DNA from: Candidatus Omnitrophota bacterium
GTDB taxonomy: Bacteria; Omnitrophota; Gorgyraeia; Gygaellales; Profunditerraquicolaceae
Assembly: GCA_028716245.1 (NCBI GenBank)
Contig: JAQUQW010000002.1
Span: forward strand, 293,346 to 357,345
Direction of reading: 5' to 3'
Length of the DNA: 64,000 nt
Part shown: positions 36,910 to 46,528 of the stretch, piece by piece
How positions within the stretch are numbered: the stretch's first letter is position 1
Layout of the letters: the number at the start of each line of letters is the position of its first letter
The notes under the pieces: generated by a model
The model's database searches: none
Told to the model about the DNA's origin: nothing
What the model saw: the letters and a program-made list of their open reading frames with translations, nothing else
Translations under genes and position numbers: made by a program

Positions 36910-37881
36910 ATGGATAATATGTGGTCATTACAGTTAAGGATGTGGTTATTGGTAACTCTTTTGTTCGGGATTATCTATGCGTTACTAGTTATCGTAGGCA
37001 GGAGTTTTTTCCATGTTGGCGGTTTTAGTTTCTATTTAATTATTTCTTTAGTGATGATGTTTATCCAGTATATGCTGGGGCCCAAGCTTGTGGAATGGAG
37101 CATGCGCGTAAAATACATCAAGCGGGAAGAAAACCCCCGCTTGTTTCAGATGGTCGAATCTTTGAGCATGCGCGCCAATATCCCGATGCCCAGAATCGGT
37201 ATTGCCCAGATCGATATCCCCAATGCTTTTGCTTTTGGCCGCTCGTTAAGGGATGGCCGGGTTTGCGTAACTGCCGGAATTATGCAGTTACTCGACGATG
37301 AAGAATTAAAAGCAGTGCTTGGGCATGAATTAAGCCATTTGAAGAACCACGATGTGCTGACGATTACTTTGCTTTCCGTGATCCCGATGATCATGTACCG
37401 GATTGCCTGGCAGTTTTTATTTTACGGCCGCCGGCGTGATGAGCGGGGCGGCAATACCGTATTAATCGGACTGGCCGCTTTCTTATTTTATTTTGTGACC
37501 AATCTTTTGGTGCTCTATGCCTCGCGGATCCGGGAGTATTTTGCCGACCGGGGTTCAGTGCTTTTGGGAAACCAGCCCAAGGCTTTGGCTTCCAGCCTGT
37601 ATAAATTGGCTTACGGGTCAGCAAAATTAAATCCGGAATCTTTAAAGCAAACTGAAGGAATGAAGGCCTTTTTCATCAATGACCCGTCTCAAGGCCGCAA
37701 GGAAGTCTTGGAGTTATCGCAATTGGATCTGGATAAAAGCGGCACGATCGACGCTTCCGAGCTGGATTTACTTAGAAGATCAAATATACGTCTGAATTTA
37801 GGGGATAAGATGCTTGAGCTTTTAAGCACGCACCCGAATATGCTTAAGCGCATCAAGAAGCTTTCCGAATATAGGGCTTAA
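36910..37881 (+). CDS. htpX: M48 zinc metalloprotease HtpX-like, with EF-hand-like loop insert near the C-terminus
   Basis: HELSHLKNHD (HExxH), 4 TM helices; DLDKSGTIDASE matches the canonical 12-residue EF-hand loop. Confidence 0.8.
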   Translation: MDNMWSLQLRMWLLVTLLFGIIYALLVIVGRSFFHVGGFSFYLIISLVMMFIQYMLGPKLVEWSMRVKYIKREENPRLFQMVESLSMRANIPMPRIGIAQIDIPNAFAFGRSLRDGRVCVTAGIMQLLDDEELKAVLGHELSHLKNHDVLTITLLSVIPMIMYRIAWQFLFYGRRRDERGGNTVLIGLAAFLFYFVTNLLVLYASRIREYFADRGSVLLGNQPKALASSLYKLAYGSAKLNPESLKQTEGMKAFFINDPSQGRKEVLELSQLDLDKSGTIDASELDLLRRSNIRLNLGDKMLELLSTHPNMLKRIKKLSEYRA

Positions 37882-38153
37882 TTCCATCTGCCTTCCTCAA
37901 AAGCTGGAAATTTTATGAAGTAGTATATATTATTAGCGGGTGGCAAGCCTTGGACTCGAGTGAGCATCTCAAAAATTCGAGCGGGCAAGGCTGCCCGCAA
38001 TAAATGTCCTGGCAGAGCGAGAATTTTTGCCGAAGCGAAGATTTTCCACGCTGGGGAAAATCGAGCGGTGCTGCGAGAGACAAGGCTTGACAGGACCCGC
38101 GTAAATTATTAAATTTCCCTATAAAATTTACAGCTTTATCCCTCCATTTTCTT

Positions 38154-38182
38154 TTGACATAACCCTAAATCTACTATATAAT
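38154..38182 (+). promoter_or_regulatory. consensus sigma70 promoter (-35 TTGACA, 17 nt, -10 TATAAT) for lysS
   Basis: Read directly; leaves a leader of about 10 nt. Confidence 0.6.
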
Positions 38183-38191
38183 TACTAAACT

Positions 38192-39649
38192 ATGGACATT
38201 AATGAGATTATTCAGCAAAGAACCGCTAAATTAGGGGCGCTTAAAGCTAAAAACGTGCCTTTGTATCCTGCCAATGTGCCTGATCACATTACGATCGGCA
38301 AGGTTTTGGAGAGTTTTGAAGAAGGCAAAAAGGTTACTCTTTGCGGCAGGGTGATGGCTAATCGGGCCCATGGTAAGGTCAATTTTATGGACCTGCGGGA
38401 TGCCACCGGCAAGATCCAGCTTTATGTTAAAAGGGATATTGTTGGGGAAGAAAAAGCCGCGCTGCTTGAGCAGTTGGATATTGCCGATATCATCAGCGCA
38501 AGCGGAGAGCTTTTTAAAACGCATACCGGTGAATTTACGCTTAAAGTAGAAGATTTTACCATTTTATCCAAGGCCCTGCGGCCTTTGCCTGAAAAATGGC
38601 ACGGTTTAAAAGACGTAGAGCTGCGTTACCGGCAGCGTTACCTGGACTTGCTTTGCAATGAAGATGTCAAAAAAGTATTTTTGTTACGCGCAAAGATCAT
38701 CCGGGCGATGCGTAATTTTCTCGACGAGAGAGGTTTTTTGGAAGTTGAAACTCCGATGATGCATGATATCGCCGGAGGGGCGGCCGGCCGGCCTTTTAAG
38801 ACATTCCATAATGAATACGCAATGGACCTATTTTTAAGGATTGCTCCGGAACTGTATTTAAAACGGCTTTTGGTGGGCGGCCTTGACCGGGTCTATGAAA
38901 TTAACCGTTCTTTTCGCAATGAAGGCGTATCCACGCGGCATAATCCGGAGTTTACGATGCTGGAGGTTTATCAGGCTTACACTGATTGCGAAGGGATGAT
39001 TAATTTAACGCAGGATTTAATTTGCCATATCGCCAAAGAGGTTTTAGGCAAAGAGGAGTTGGTTTATCAGGGTAAAACTCTTAGCCTTAAAGTTCCCTGG
39101 GCCAGGCAATCATTCGCCCAATTAGTTAAAGATAAGTTTGGCATAGAGCCGCAAGATGATGCGGCTAAAATGCTTAATAAATTACAGGCCAAAGGATTTG
39201 CCAAAGATAAGGACCGCCTGAGCCGCTCTCAGATAAATAAAATTGTTGAGGATGCCTTGGAGCAGGAGCTGCAAACCAATCCGGTATTCATTACGGATTA
39301 TTTTACCAGCCTTTGTCCTTTGGCCAAGGTGAATAAAGATAACCCGTTGATTTCAGAGAGGTTTGAGCTCTACGTTGCGGGTATGGAAATTGCCAATGCT
39401 TATTCCGAGTTAAATGACCCCTTGGAACAGCGCCGGCGTTTTGAAGAAGAGATCAAGGACCTTGCCTCCGAAGAGAAGAAAAATGTAGATAATGATTATC
39501 TCTTAGCTTTAGAGCACGGTATGCCTCCGGCAGGAGGATTGGGCATTGGCATTGACCGGTTGTTGATGTTATTCACGGATCAGGCCTCAATCAGGGATGT
39601 AATTTTATTTCCCCTTTTACGTAATCAGCAGGAAGAGGAAAAAGTTTAA
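38192..39649 (+). CDS. lysS: lysine--tRNA ligase (class II)
   Basis: OB-fold anticodon-binding N-terminus and class II motifs 1-3 (FRNEG, GGLGIGIDRL). Confidence 0.9.
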   Translation: MDINEIIQQRTAKLGALKAKNVPLYPANVPDHITIGKVLESFEEGKKVTLCGRVMANRAHGKVNFMDLRDATGKIQLYVKRDIVGEEKAALLEQLDIADIISASGELFKTHTGEFTLKVEDFTILSKALRPLPEKWHGLKDVELRYRQRYLDLLCNEDVKKVFLLRAKIIRAMRNFLDERGFLEVETPMMHDIAGGAAGRPFKTFHNEYAMDLFLRIAPELYLKRLLVGGLDRVYEINRSFRNEGVSTRHNPEFTMLEVYQAYTDCEGMINLTQDLICHIAKEVLGKEELVYQGKTLSLKVPWARQSFAQLVKDKFGIEPQDDAAKMLNKLQAKGFAKDKDRLSRSQINKIVEDALEQELQTNPVFITDYFTSLCPLAKVNKDNPLISERFELYVAGMEIANAYSELNDPLEQRRRFEEEIKDLASEEKKNVDNDYLLALEHGMPPAGGLGIGIDRLLMLFTDQASIRDVILFPLLRNQQEEEKV

Positions 39650-39650
39650 G

Positions 39651-40862
39651 ATGTTTTCAGAATTATGGCTGAGCCAGAGGTATTTAAGGGCAGGCAAGAA
39701 AGAAAAGATTATCTCGATTACCGCTTTGATTTCGATGATTGGTATCGGTATCGGGGTGATGGTTTTAATCGTGGTGATCTCGGTGATGAGCGGATTTGAC
39801 CGGTTCCTGGAGGATAAAATGGTCGGTACCAATGCCCACCTTTCGCTGGAATTTGGCGGCGGGTCAAAGGATCCTTACCGGGTAATCGATAAGTTAAAAA
39901 CTTTTTCTTATGTCAAAGGAGCTGCTCCTTTTATCGACGGCCAAGCTTTGGTCAGGAGCGGGAAATCGATTTTCGGGGTAGAGGTACGCGGTATCGACCC
40001 GAAATTGCAGGCAGAGATATCCAAAATTAACGAGTATTTAAAATTAGGAAGCTATAATTTGGCAGGCAACGAAGTGGCTATCGGAGAAGAGCTGGCTTTG
40101 CGCCTGAATCTGGCAATCGGGGACAGTATCAGCTTGATCTCTCCGGTTACTTTGGCCAAAACCGATTTTAATATCAAAGGTATTTTTAACAGCGGGATGT
40201 ATCTCTATGATTCCAGCCTGATTTTAACCAGTATGAAGGGGGCGCAGGATTTTTATAAAATTCCCGATACGGTAAGCGGTATCGCTATCAAAGTAGATAA
40301 TATTTATAAAGTAGGGGACGTAAAGGAAAAGCTGTACCGGGATTTAAAAGGTTTTGGAACTTACCAGGCGCGCACCTGGGTAGACGCCAACAGGAATTTC
40401 CTGGAGGCTTTAAAGCTTGAGAAGATCGTGATGTTTATCGTGGTGACGATGACCACCGTGGTTGCCGCGTTCGGGATTGTGGGCACCTTGATCATGTCGG
40501 TGATGAGCCGGATAAAGGATATCGGTATTCTGCGTTCGGTCGGAGCAAAAACCAAAAGTATCCTGCAGATTTTTATTTTTCAGGGCATGGCCATCGGCTT
40601 AACCGGTATTTTGCTGGGGTTGGCCGGAGGGATATCTTTAGCGTTTTCATTAGACAAAGTCGTGGATCTTATTTCCCGGATTATCGGCAGGAGCCTGATC
40701 CCGCAGGATATTTATTATTTTAACCGGATCCCGGTCAATATAAACAGCGCGGATATCAGTTTAATCGTAATCTGTGCTTTAGTTATAACTTTACTTGCCA
40801 GTATTTACCCGGCATATTACGCCACCAGGATAATTCCCAGCGAGGCTGTCCGGCATGAATAA
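39651..40862 (+). CDS. lolC: lipoprotein-releasing system permease (LolC/LolE, FtsX-like)
   Basis: 4 TM helices, large periplasmic loop, FtsX C-terminal region. Confidence 0.8.
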   Translation: MFSELWLSQRYLRAGKKEKIISITALISMIGIGIGVMVLIVVISVMSGFDRFLEDKMVGTNAHLSLEFGGGSKDPYRVIDKLKTFSYVKGAAPFIDGQALVRSGKSIFGVEVRGIDPKLQAEISKINEYLKLGSYNLAGNEVAIGEELALRLNLAIGDSISLISPVTLAKTDFNIKGIFNSGMYLYDSSLILTSMKGAQDFYKIPDTVSGIAIKVDNIYKVGDVKEKLYRDLKGFGTYQARTWVDANRNFLEALKLEKIVMFIVVTMTTVVAAFGIVGTLIMSVMSRIKDIGILRSVGAKTKSILQIFIFQGMAIGLTGILLGLAGGISLAFSLDKVVDLISRIIGRSLIPQDIYYFNRIPVNINSADISLIVICALVITLLASIYPAYYATRIIPSEAVRHE

Positions 40863-41541
40863 CAACAAGGAGATGCTCAAGGTCAGTTCAATTTGTAAAA
40901 GTTACCGCGATATTACCAGCAACCTTGAAGTATTAAAGAATATAAATTTTAGCGTCGCCGAAGGAGAATTTCTGGCAATCCAGGGGCCGTCAGGGGCGGG
41001 AAAATCAACGCTCTTGCATATTTTAGGAGGGTTAGATAACCCTACTTCCGGTAAAGTTTATTTTGAAGGAAACAGTATCTACGGTTTAAATGAAGACGAG
41101 CTGGCGGGTTTTCGTAACCGCAAAGTTGGTTTTGTTTTTCAGTTTTTCCATTTGTTACCGGAGTTAAACGCGCTGGAAAATGTTTTACTGCCCGGCATTT
41201 TAAAATCGTGGTGGGAAAGGAAAAAAAGTTCCGGCCAGGCCGCAGCGCTTTTAGAAAGGCTGGGTTTAGCCCAAAGGCTTACGCATCGGCCGCTGGCTTT
41301 GTCCGGCGGAGAGCAGCAGAGGGTGGCGATTGCCCGGGCATTGATCAATAAGCCGCGGCTTTTGCTTTGCGATGAACCGACGGGTAACCTGGATTCGGAG
41401 AACGGAAAGAATATCCTGCGGCTTTTAATCGACCTTAACCGCAACGAGAAGATTACGATTGTCATGGTTACTCATGATAAAGAGATTGCTATCGGGGCAA
41501 GCAGAGTTATACATTTGAAAGACGGTATTCTTTTACATTAG
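40855..41541 (+). CDS. lolD: lipoprotein-releasing ABC ATPase
   Basis: Walker A GPSGAGKST, LSGGEQQR, Walker B LLLCDEPT. Confidence 0.8.
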   Translation: MNNNKEMLKVSSICKSYRDITSNLEVLKNINFSVAEGEFLAIQGPSGAGKSTLLHILGGLDNPTSGKVYFEGNSIYGLNEDELAGFRNRKVGFVFQFFHLLPELNALENVLLPGILKSWWERKKSSGQAAALLERLGLAQRLTHRPLALSGGEQQRVAIARALINKPRLLLCDEPTGNLDSENGKNILRLLIDLNRNEKITIVMVTHDKEIAIGASRVIHLKDGILLH

Positions 41542-41567
41542 CACCCCGCGCTTATAAGGAGGAATCA
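41542..41567 (+). promoter_or_regulatory. palindromic leader element copy C (left arm only) fused to the ilvE RBS
   Basis: GCACCCCGCGCTTATAAGGAGGaatcaATG directly after the lolD stop. Confidence 0.45.
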
Positions 41568-42437
41568 ATGAAGATTTATATCAACGGGAAATTTTATGAA
41601 AAAGAAAATGCCAAGGTTTCGGTGTTTGATCACGGCCTGCTTTATGGCGACGGAGTTTTTGAAGGGATCCGTTCCTATAGCCGCCGCGTGTTTAAATTAA
41701 AGGAGCACATTGACCGGCTCTTTGAATCCGCCCAGAGTATTATGTTAAAGATTCCTTTGACTAAGGAGCAGGTGATTAAGGCCGTAGTGAATACGCTTAA
41801 GGCCAATAAATTAGACAATGCTTATATCCGCTTAGTGGTTACCCGCGGGGAAGGTGATTTGGGGCTTGATCCGCGTAAATGCTATAAAGGAGCGACAATT
41901 ATTATTATTGCCGACAAGATCGCTCTTTATCCGCAGAAGCTTTATCAAGATGGTTTAAGTATCGTTACCGTGCCAACGGTGCGCAATTTGCCTGAGGCGC
42001 TTAATCCCCAGATCAAGTCTTTGAATTATTTAAATAATATCCTGGCCAAGATCGAAGCCGGCAATGCCGGATGCGACGAGGCGATCATGCTTGATTCCTT
42101 GGGTTACGTGGCTGAATGTACCGCCGATAATATTTTTGTGGTAAAAGGCGGGCATCTTTACACGCCGCCGCAATGCATGGGTACTTTACGCGGGATCACC
42201 CGGGATTCGATTTTAGAAATCGCCCGCAAAAACAAGATTGCCGCGCACGAACATGTGATTACGCGGCATGAAGTTTATATCTCTGATGAGTGTTTTATTA
42301 CAGGCACAGCCGCACAGATTATTCCGGTGGTTAAAGTTGACGGCAGAACGATTGGAACCGGAAAACCCGGCAAGCTTACGTTTGTTCTGATGAAGAAATT
42401 TAAAGAGTTAACCGCCAAAAACGGAGTAAAATATTAA
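41568..42437 (+). CDS. ilvE: branched-chain amino acid aminotransferase (PLP fold type IV)
   Basis: EGIRSY, VVTRGEGDLG and the class IV catalytic Lys region. Confidence 0.85.
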   Translation: MKIYINGKFYEKENAKVSVFDHGLLYGDGVFEGIRSYSRRVFKLKEHIDRLFESAQSIMLKIPLTKEQVIKAVVNTLKANKLDNAYIRLVVTRGEGDLGLDPRKCYKGATIIIIADKIALYPQKLYQDGLSIVTVPTVRNLPEALNPQIKSLNYLNNILAKIEAGNAGCDEAIMLDSLGYVAECTADNIFVVKGGHLYTPPQCMGTLRGITRDSILEIARKNKIAAHEHVITRHEVYISDECFITGTAAQIIPVVKVDGRTIGTGKPGKLTFVLMKKFKELTAKNGVKY

Positions 42438-42438
42438 T

Positions 42439-42957
42439 ATGCTTTGCGATATCTGCGGAAAAAATCCGGCAACCGTGCACTTGACTGAAATTATCGATGA
42501 CCAGATGAATGAATTGCATTTATGCGAAGAGTGCGCCAGGACCAAAAGCGCGGCCATGGAGCAGCAGTTTGGTTTAAGCGATCTTTTGGCCGGGATGGTT
42601 GATTTCCAGAAGCCCTCCAGCAAAGAAGAGGAGCTGGTTAATATCAAATGCCCCAGCTGCGGCCTAAGTTACGCGGATTTTAAGAAGATCGGCAGGCTGG
42701 GCTGCGGAGAGTGTTATGATGTTTTTCGCAAGTACCTGGCGCCTTTGTTAAAACGCATACACGGCTCAAACCAGCATGTCGGTAAAAGCCCTTTAAAAAT
42801 AAAAACTACCCTTACCCGGGTTAGTAAAAAGAAGATCGATCTTGCGGAATTAAAAGAGCAGCTGCAAAAAGCAATCCAGAAAGAGGCTTTTGAAGAAGCG
42901 GCGCGCCTGCGCGATCAGATCAAAGAGATAGAAACTAAAAAAGGAAAAGAAGGTTAA
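42439..42957 (+). CDS. mcsA: protein-arginine kinase activator McsA (zinc fingers plus UVR motif)
   Basis: CDICGK..CEEC and CPSCG..CGEC zinc fingers; C-terminal UVR-like EAFEEAARLRDQI. Confidence 0.85.
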   Translation: MLCDICGKNPATVHLTEIIDDQMNELHLCEECARTKSAAMEQQFGLSDLLAGMVDFQKPSSKEEELVNIKCPSCGLSYADFKKIGRLGCGECYDVFRKYLAPLLKRIHGSNQHVGKSPLKIKTTLTRVSKKKIDLAELKEQLQKAIQKEAFEEAARLRDQIKEIETKKGKEG

Positions 42958-42958
42958 T

Positions 42959-44011
42959 ATGCAGATCAATGATTTGATCAACCACACCAGCGAATGGCTT
43001 AAAGGGACCGGCCCGAATTCGGATGTGGTTATTTCCAGCCGGATCCGGCTGGCCAGGAACCTCAATAAACTTCCTTTCCCGCATTGGGCCAGTAAGGCGC
43101 AATTGAATGAGGTGATGGAGAAAACCAGCCAGGCGATGTTAAAGATCGAACCGCTTAAAAAATCCACGCTTTTTACGCTGGCGAATTTAGACAACATTGA
43201 TAAACAGTTTTTAGTGGAAAGGCACCTGATGTCCATCGAACATACCCAGAAGACAGAGCAGAAGGCGGTGCTGGTCAATGATGAAGAAAACATCGCGGTA
43301 ATGATCAATGAAGAGGATCATTTACGCGTGCAGCTGATGCAGTCAGGGTTTAATCTTTTTGAGGCCTGGAATATTATTAACGGTATCGATGACGCTTTGG
43401 CCAAGATTTTGGATTACGCGTATCTGCCGGATTTTGGTTATCTTACCGCCTGCCCGACAAATACCGGCACCGGCATGCGCGGTTCAGTGATGCTGCATTT
43501 GCCGGCGCTGGTAATGAGCCGGCAGATCGAGCGGGTGCTGGCGGCAATAGCCAAATTAAGCTTTACAACGCGCGGCCTTTACGGCGAAGGCACGCAGGCC
43601 AGCGGTAATTTTTTCCAGATTTCCAATCAGGTTTCTTTGGGGCACAGTGAAAACGAGATTATTGAGAACCTCAACAGCCTGATCCGCCAGATCATCGAGC
43701 AGGAAACGCAGACCAGGGAGATCATGCTTTCTAAAAGTAAAGATGTTTTAGAGGACAGGATCAACCGCTCTTTGGGTATTTTAAAAAGCGCCCGGATTAT
43801 TACCAGCCAGGAGACGATTGAATTGTTATCGATGGTGCGGCTGGGCAGCGACCTAGGCATGATTAAGGATATCGGCCGGCTGACGATTAACGAGCTTTTC
43901 ATTACCACTCAACCGGCGCATCTGCAGAAACTGGAAAACAAAAAACTTTCATCGCAGGAAAGGGATTTAGCCAGGGCGGAATTGATTCGCAAAAAATTGA
44001 ATTTATTATGA
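42959..44011 (+). CDS. mcsB: protein arginine kinase McsB (ATP:guanido phosphotransferase)
   Basis: CPTNTGTGMR phosphagen-kinase active-site motif. Confidence 0.9.
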   Translation: MQINDLINHTSEWLKGTGPNSDVVISSRIRLARNLNKLPFPHWASKAQLNEVMEKTSQAMLKIEPLKKSTLFTLANLDNIDKQFLVERHLMSIEHTQKTEQKAVLVNDEENIAVMINEEDHLRVQLMQSGFNLFEAWNIINGIDDALAKILDYAYLPDFGYLTACPTNTGTGMRGSVMLHLPALVMSRQIERVLAAIAKLSFTTRGLYGEGTQASGNFFQISNQVSLGHSENEIIENLNSLIRQIIEQETQTREIMLSKSKDVLEDRINRSLGILKSARIITSQETIELLSMVRLGSDLGMIKDIGRLTINELFITTQPAHLQKLENKKLSSQERDLARAELIRKKLNLL

Positions 44012-44107
44012 CACCCCGCGCGGCACCTGGCGCTTATTTGAATTGCGCCAGTATTCGCCTTGTGGCGAAAATTGCGCGGGTGTTGTCTAGGTAGACAAGG
44101 AGAAATC
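44011..44107 (+). promoter_or_regulatory. palindromic leader element copy D (expanded, nested hairpins) upstream of clpC
   Basis: ACACCCCGCGC..[CTGGCGCttatttgaattGCGCCAG][CGCCttgtGGCG]..GCGCGGGTGT TTGTCTAggtTAGACAAGGAGaaatcATG. Confidence 0.6.
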
Positions 44108-46528
44108 ATGTTTAATCGTTTTACGGAGAGAGCAAGAAAAGTAATTATTTTAGCAAAAGAAGAGGCCAGGCGTTTTAACCACGATTATATCGGCACTGAG
44201 CATATATTATTGGGGTTAGTCCGGGAAGGGGAAGGGGTGGCCGCGGCGGTATTGCAGAAGCTGGATGTTTCGCTTGAGAATATCCGCCTGGAGATCGAAA
44301 AGCTGGTCCAGCCCGGGCCCACTACCCAGATTATCGGCGATATTCCTTTCACGCCCCGGGCTAAAAAAGCTTTAGAGCTGGCCGCTGAAGAAGCCCGTTC
44401 CCTGGGGCACAATTATATCGGCACCGAACATCTTCTTTTAGGGCTTATCCGTGAAGGTGAAGGTATTGCTTCGCAGGTACTGTTAAATTTAGGCATGGAT
44501 TTAAACTCGGTGCGTAATGAAGTGATGGGACTTTTAGGTTCCTCTTTACCAGGGGGCAATGTAGGAGGCGCTCAGGCGGCAAAATCCAAGACTCCGGCCC
44601 TTGACGCTTTTGGCCGCGACCTTACGGCATTGGCCCGGGAAAATAAATTGGATCCGGTGATTAACCGCAAGCAGGAAATTGAGCGGGTAGTCCAGATTTT
44701 AAGCCGGCGCACCAAGAATAATCCCGTACTTTTGGGTGAGGCCGGAGTGGGAAAAACAGCAATTGTCGAAGGCTTAGCCCAGTTGATTATCGCCGGCAAT
44801 ATCCCGGAAGTTTTAAGGGGCAAGCGGCTGATAGTTTTAGATTTGGCGCTGATGGTTGCCGGGACCAAATACCGCGGGCAGTTTGAGGAAAGAATCAAAG
44901 CGATTATGGAGGAGATCAAACGTTCGCAGGACATAATTATTTTTATCGATGAGTTGCACACTTTGGTGGGCGCCGGAGCCGCGGAAGGGGCAATCGATGC
45001 CTCCAATATTATGAAGCCGGCGCTTTCCCGCGGAGAGATGCAGTGCATCGGCGCCACCACCGTGGATGAATACCGTAAATATATCGAGAAGGACGCGGCT
45101 TTAGAGCGCCGTTTCCAGACGATCATGGTTGAGCCTCCGACGGTGGAACAAACTATCGAGATCTTAAAAGGCCTGCGCGATAAATACGAAGCGCATCACC
45201 GCGTTACTTTTAAAGATGAGTCCCTGGAGGCTGCCGCTAAATTAAGCGACCGTTATATTTCCGGAAGGTTTATGCCGGATAAGGCGATTGATTTAATCGA
45301 TGAAGCCGGTTCACGGGCGCGCTTAAATGTTTTGATCGTCCCGGACAATATAAAAAAGATCGAAGCCGATGTCGAATCATTAAGAAAAGAAAAAGAGTCT
45401 TATATCAAGAGCCAGGATTTTGAAAAAGCCGCGTCTTTGCGCGACCAGGAACGCCTGGCCCGCCAGGAGCTGGAAAAATTAAATAAGGAGTGGAGCCAGG
45501 CAAAAGAAAAAATGCGGCCGGAAGTTACTGCCGAAGATATCGCCAAAATACTGGCGCAGTGGACAGGGATCCCGATCTTCAGGTTAGAGGAAAAGGAAAG
45601 CGAAAAATTGCTCAAGATCGAAGAAGAGCTGCATAAACGGGTAGTCGGCCAGAATGAAGCAATTGAAGCTATCGCCCACGCGGTCAGGCGGTCAAGGGCG
45701 GGGATTAAAGACCCCAAGCGGCCAATCGGTTCATTCATATTTTTGGGCCCTACTGGCGTCGGAAAAACCCTGCTGGCCCGGGCGCTGGCGGAATTTATGT
45801 TTGGCGACGAAGACGCTCTGTTACAATTGGATATGTCAGAGTATATGGAGAAGTTTAATGTTTCTCGCTTGATCGGAGCTCCTCCGGGATACGTCGGCTA
45901 TGAAGAGGGCGGCCAGCTTACGGAACGGGTGCGCCGCCGGCCGTACGCGGTCATACTTCTAGATGAGATTGAAAAAGCGCATCCGGATGTTTTTAATTTG
46001 CTGCTGCAGGTTTTTGAGGAAGGCCGGCTTACTGATAGCTTTGGCCGGAAAGTTGATTTTAAGAATACGATTATCATTATGACCTCTAACGTCGGCGCGG
46101 AATTGATCCGCAAGACCGGCTCATTGGGATTTAGGACCCAGAAAGAAGAAGGCACTTACCAGGATATGAAAGATAAATTGCTGGAAGCAGTCAAGCATGC
46201 TTTTAAACCGGAGTTCTTAAACCGCGTTGATGATATTATTGTTTTCCGGCAGTTAGCTAAGGAGGAGCTCTCGCAAATTATCGATATCGAGATCGGTTAT
46301 GTCATCCAGCGCCTGAAGGACCAGAAAATAACTTTAGAGGTCAGTAAGGAGGCCAAGGAACTTTTAATTGAAAAAGGATTTGACCCGGTTTTTGGCGCCC
46401 GGCCTCTAAAGAGGACTATCCAGAGGTTCCTGGAGGATCCCTTGGCAGGGGAGATTATCTCTAAAAAATATAAGGAGGGCTCTTCAATTAAGGTAACCCG
46501 TAAAAATGAAGAGCTTATTTTCGAATAA
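44108..46528 (+). CDS. clpC: ATP-dependent Clp protease ATP-binding subunit ClpC
   Basis: Duplicated Clp-N repeats, two AAA+ modules (GEAGVGKTA; GPTGVGKT), UVR motif in the middle domain. Start moved to ATG 44108 behind RBS AAGGAG. Confidence 0.9.
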   Translation: MFNRFTERARKVIILAKEEARRFNHDYIGTEHILLGLVREGEGVAAAVLQKLDVSLENIRLEIEKLVQPGPTTQIIGDIPFTPRAKKALELAAEEARSLGHNYIGTEHLLLGLIREGEGIASQVLLNLGMDLNSVRNEVMGLLGSSLPGGNVGGAQAAKSKTPALDAFGRDLTALARENKLDPVINRKQEIERVVQILSRRTKNNPVLLGEAGVGKTAIVEGLAQLIIAGNIPEVLRGKRLIVLDLALMVAGTKYRGQFEERIKAIMEEIKRSQDIIIFIDELHTLVGAGAAEGAIDASNIMKPALSRGEMQCIGATTVDEYRKYIEKDAALERRFQTIMVEPPTVEQTIEILKGLRDKYEAHHRVTFKDESLEAAAKLSDRYISGRFMPDKAIDLIDEAGSRARLNVLIVPDNIKKIEADVESLRKEKESYIKSQDFEKAASLRDQERLARQELEKLNKEWSQAKEKMRPEVTAEDIAKILAQWTGIPIFRLEEKESEKLLKIEEELHKRVVGQNEAIEAIAHAVRRSRAGIKDPKRPIGSFIFLGPTGVGKTLLARALAEFMFGDEDALLQLDMSEYMEKFNVSRLIGAPPGYVGYEEGGQLTERVRRRPYAVILLDEIEKAHPDVFNLLLQVFEEGRLTDSFGRKVDFKNTIIIMTSNVGAELIRKTGSLGFRTQKEEGTYQDMKDKLLEAVKHAFKPEFLNRVDDIIVFRQLAKEELSQIIDIEIGYVIQRLKDQKITLEVSKEAKELLIEKGFDPVFGARPLKRTIQRFLEDPLAGEIISKKYKEGSSIKVTRKNEELIFE

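Noticed and set aside
37925-37946. T-box-like sequence ATTAGCGGGTGGCAAGCC after htpX
   Set aside because: Only a loose match to the AGGGTGGNACCGCG box, and it lies upstream of the lysS -35/-10 rather than in a leader before a terminator or antiterminator.
44060-44107. Upstream ORF-track start for clpC (MWRKLRGCCLGRQGEI..)
   Set aside because: This stretch is the structured leader element. The conserved ClpC N-terminus begins at MFNRFTERA (ATG 44108) with a proper RBS.
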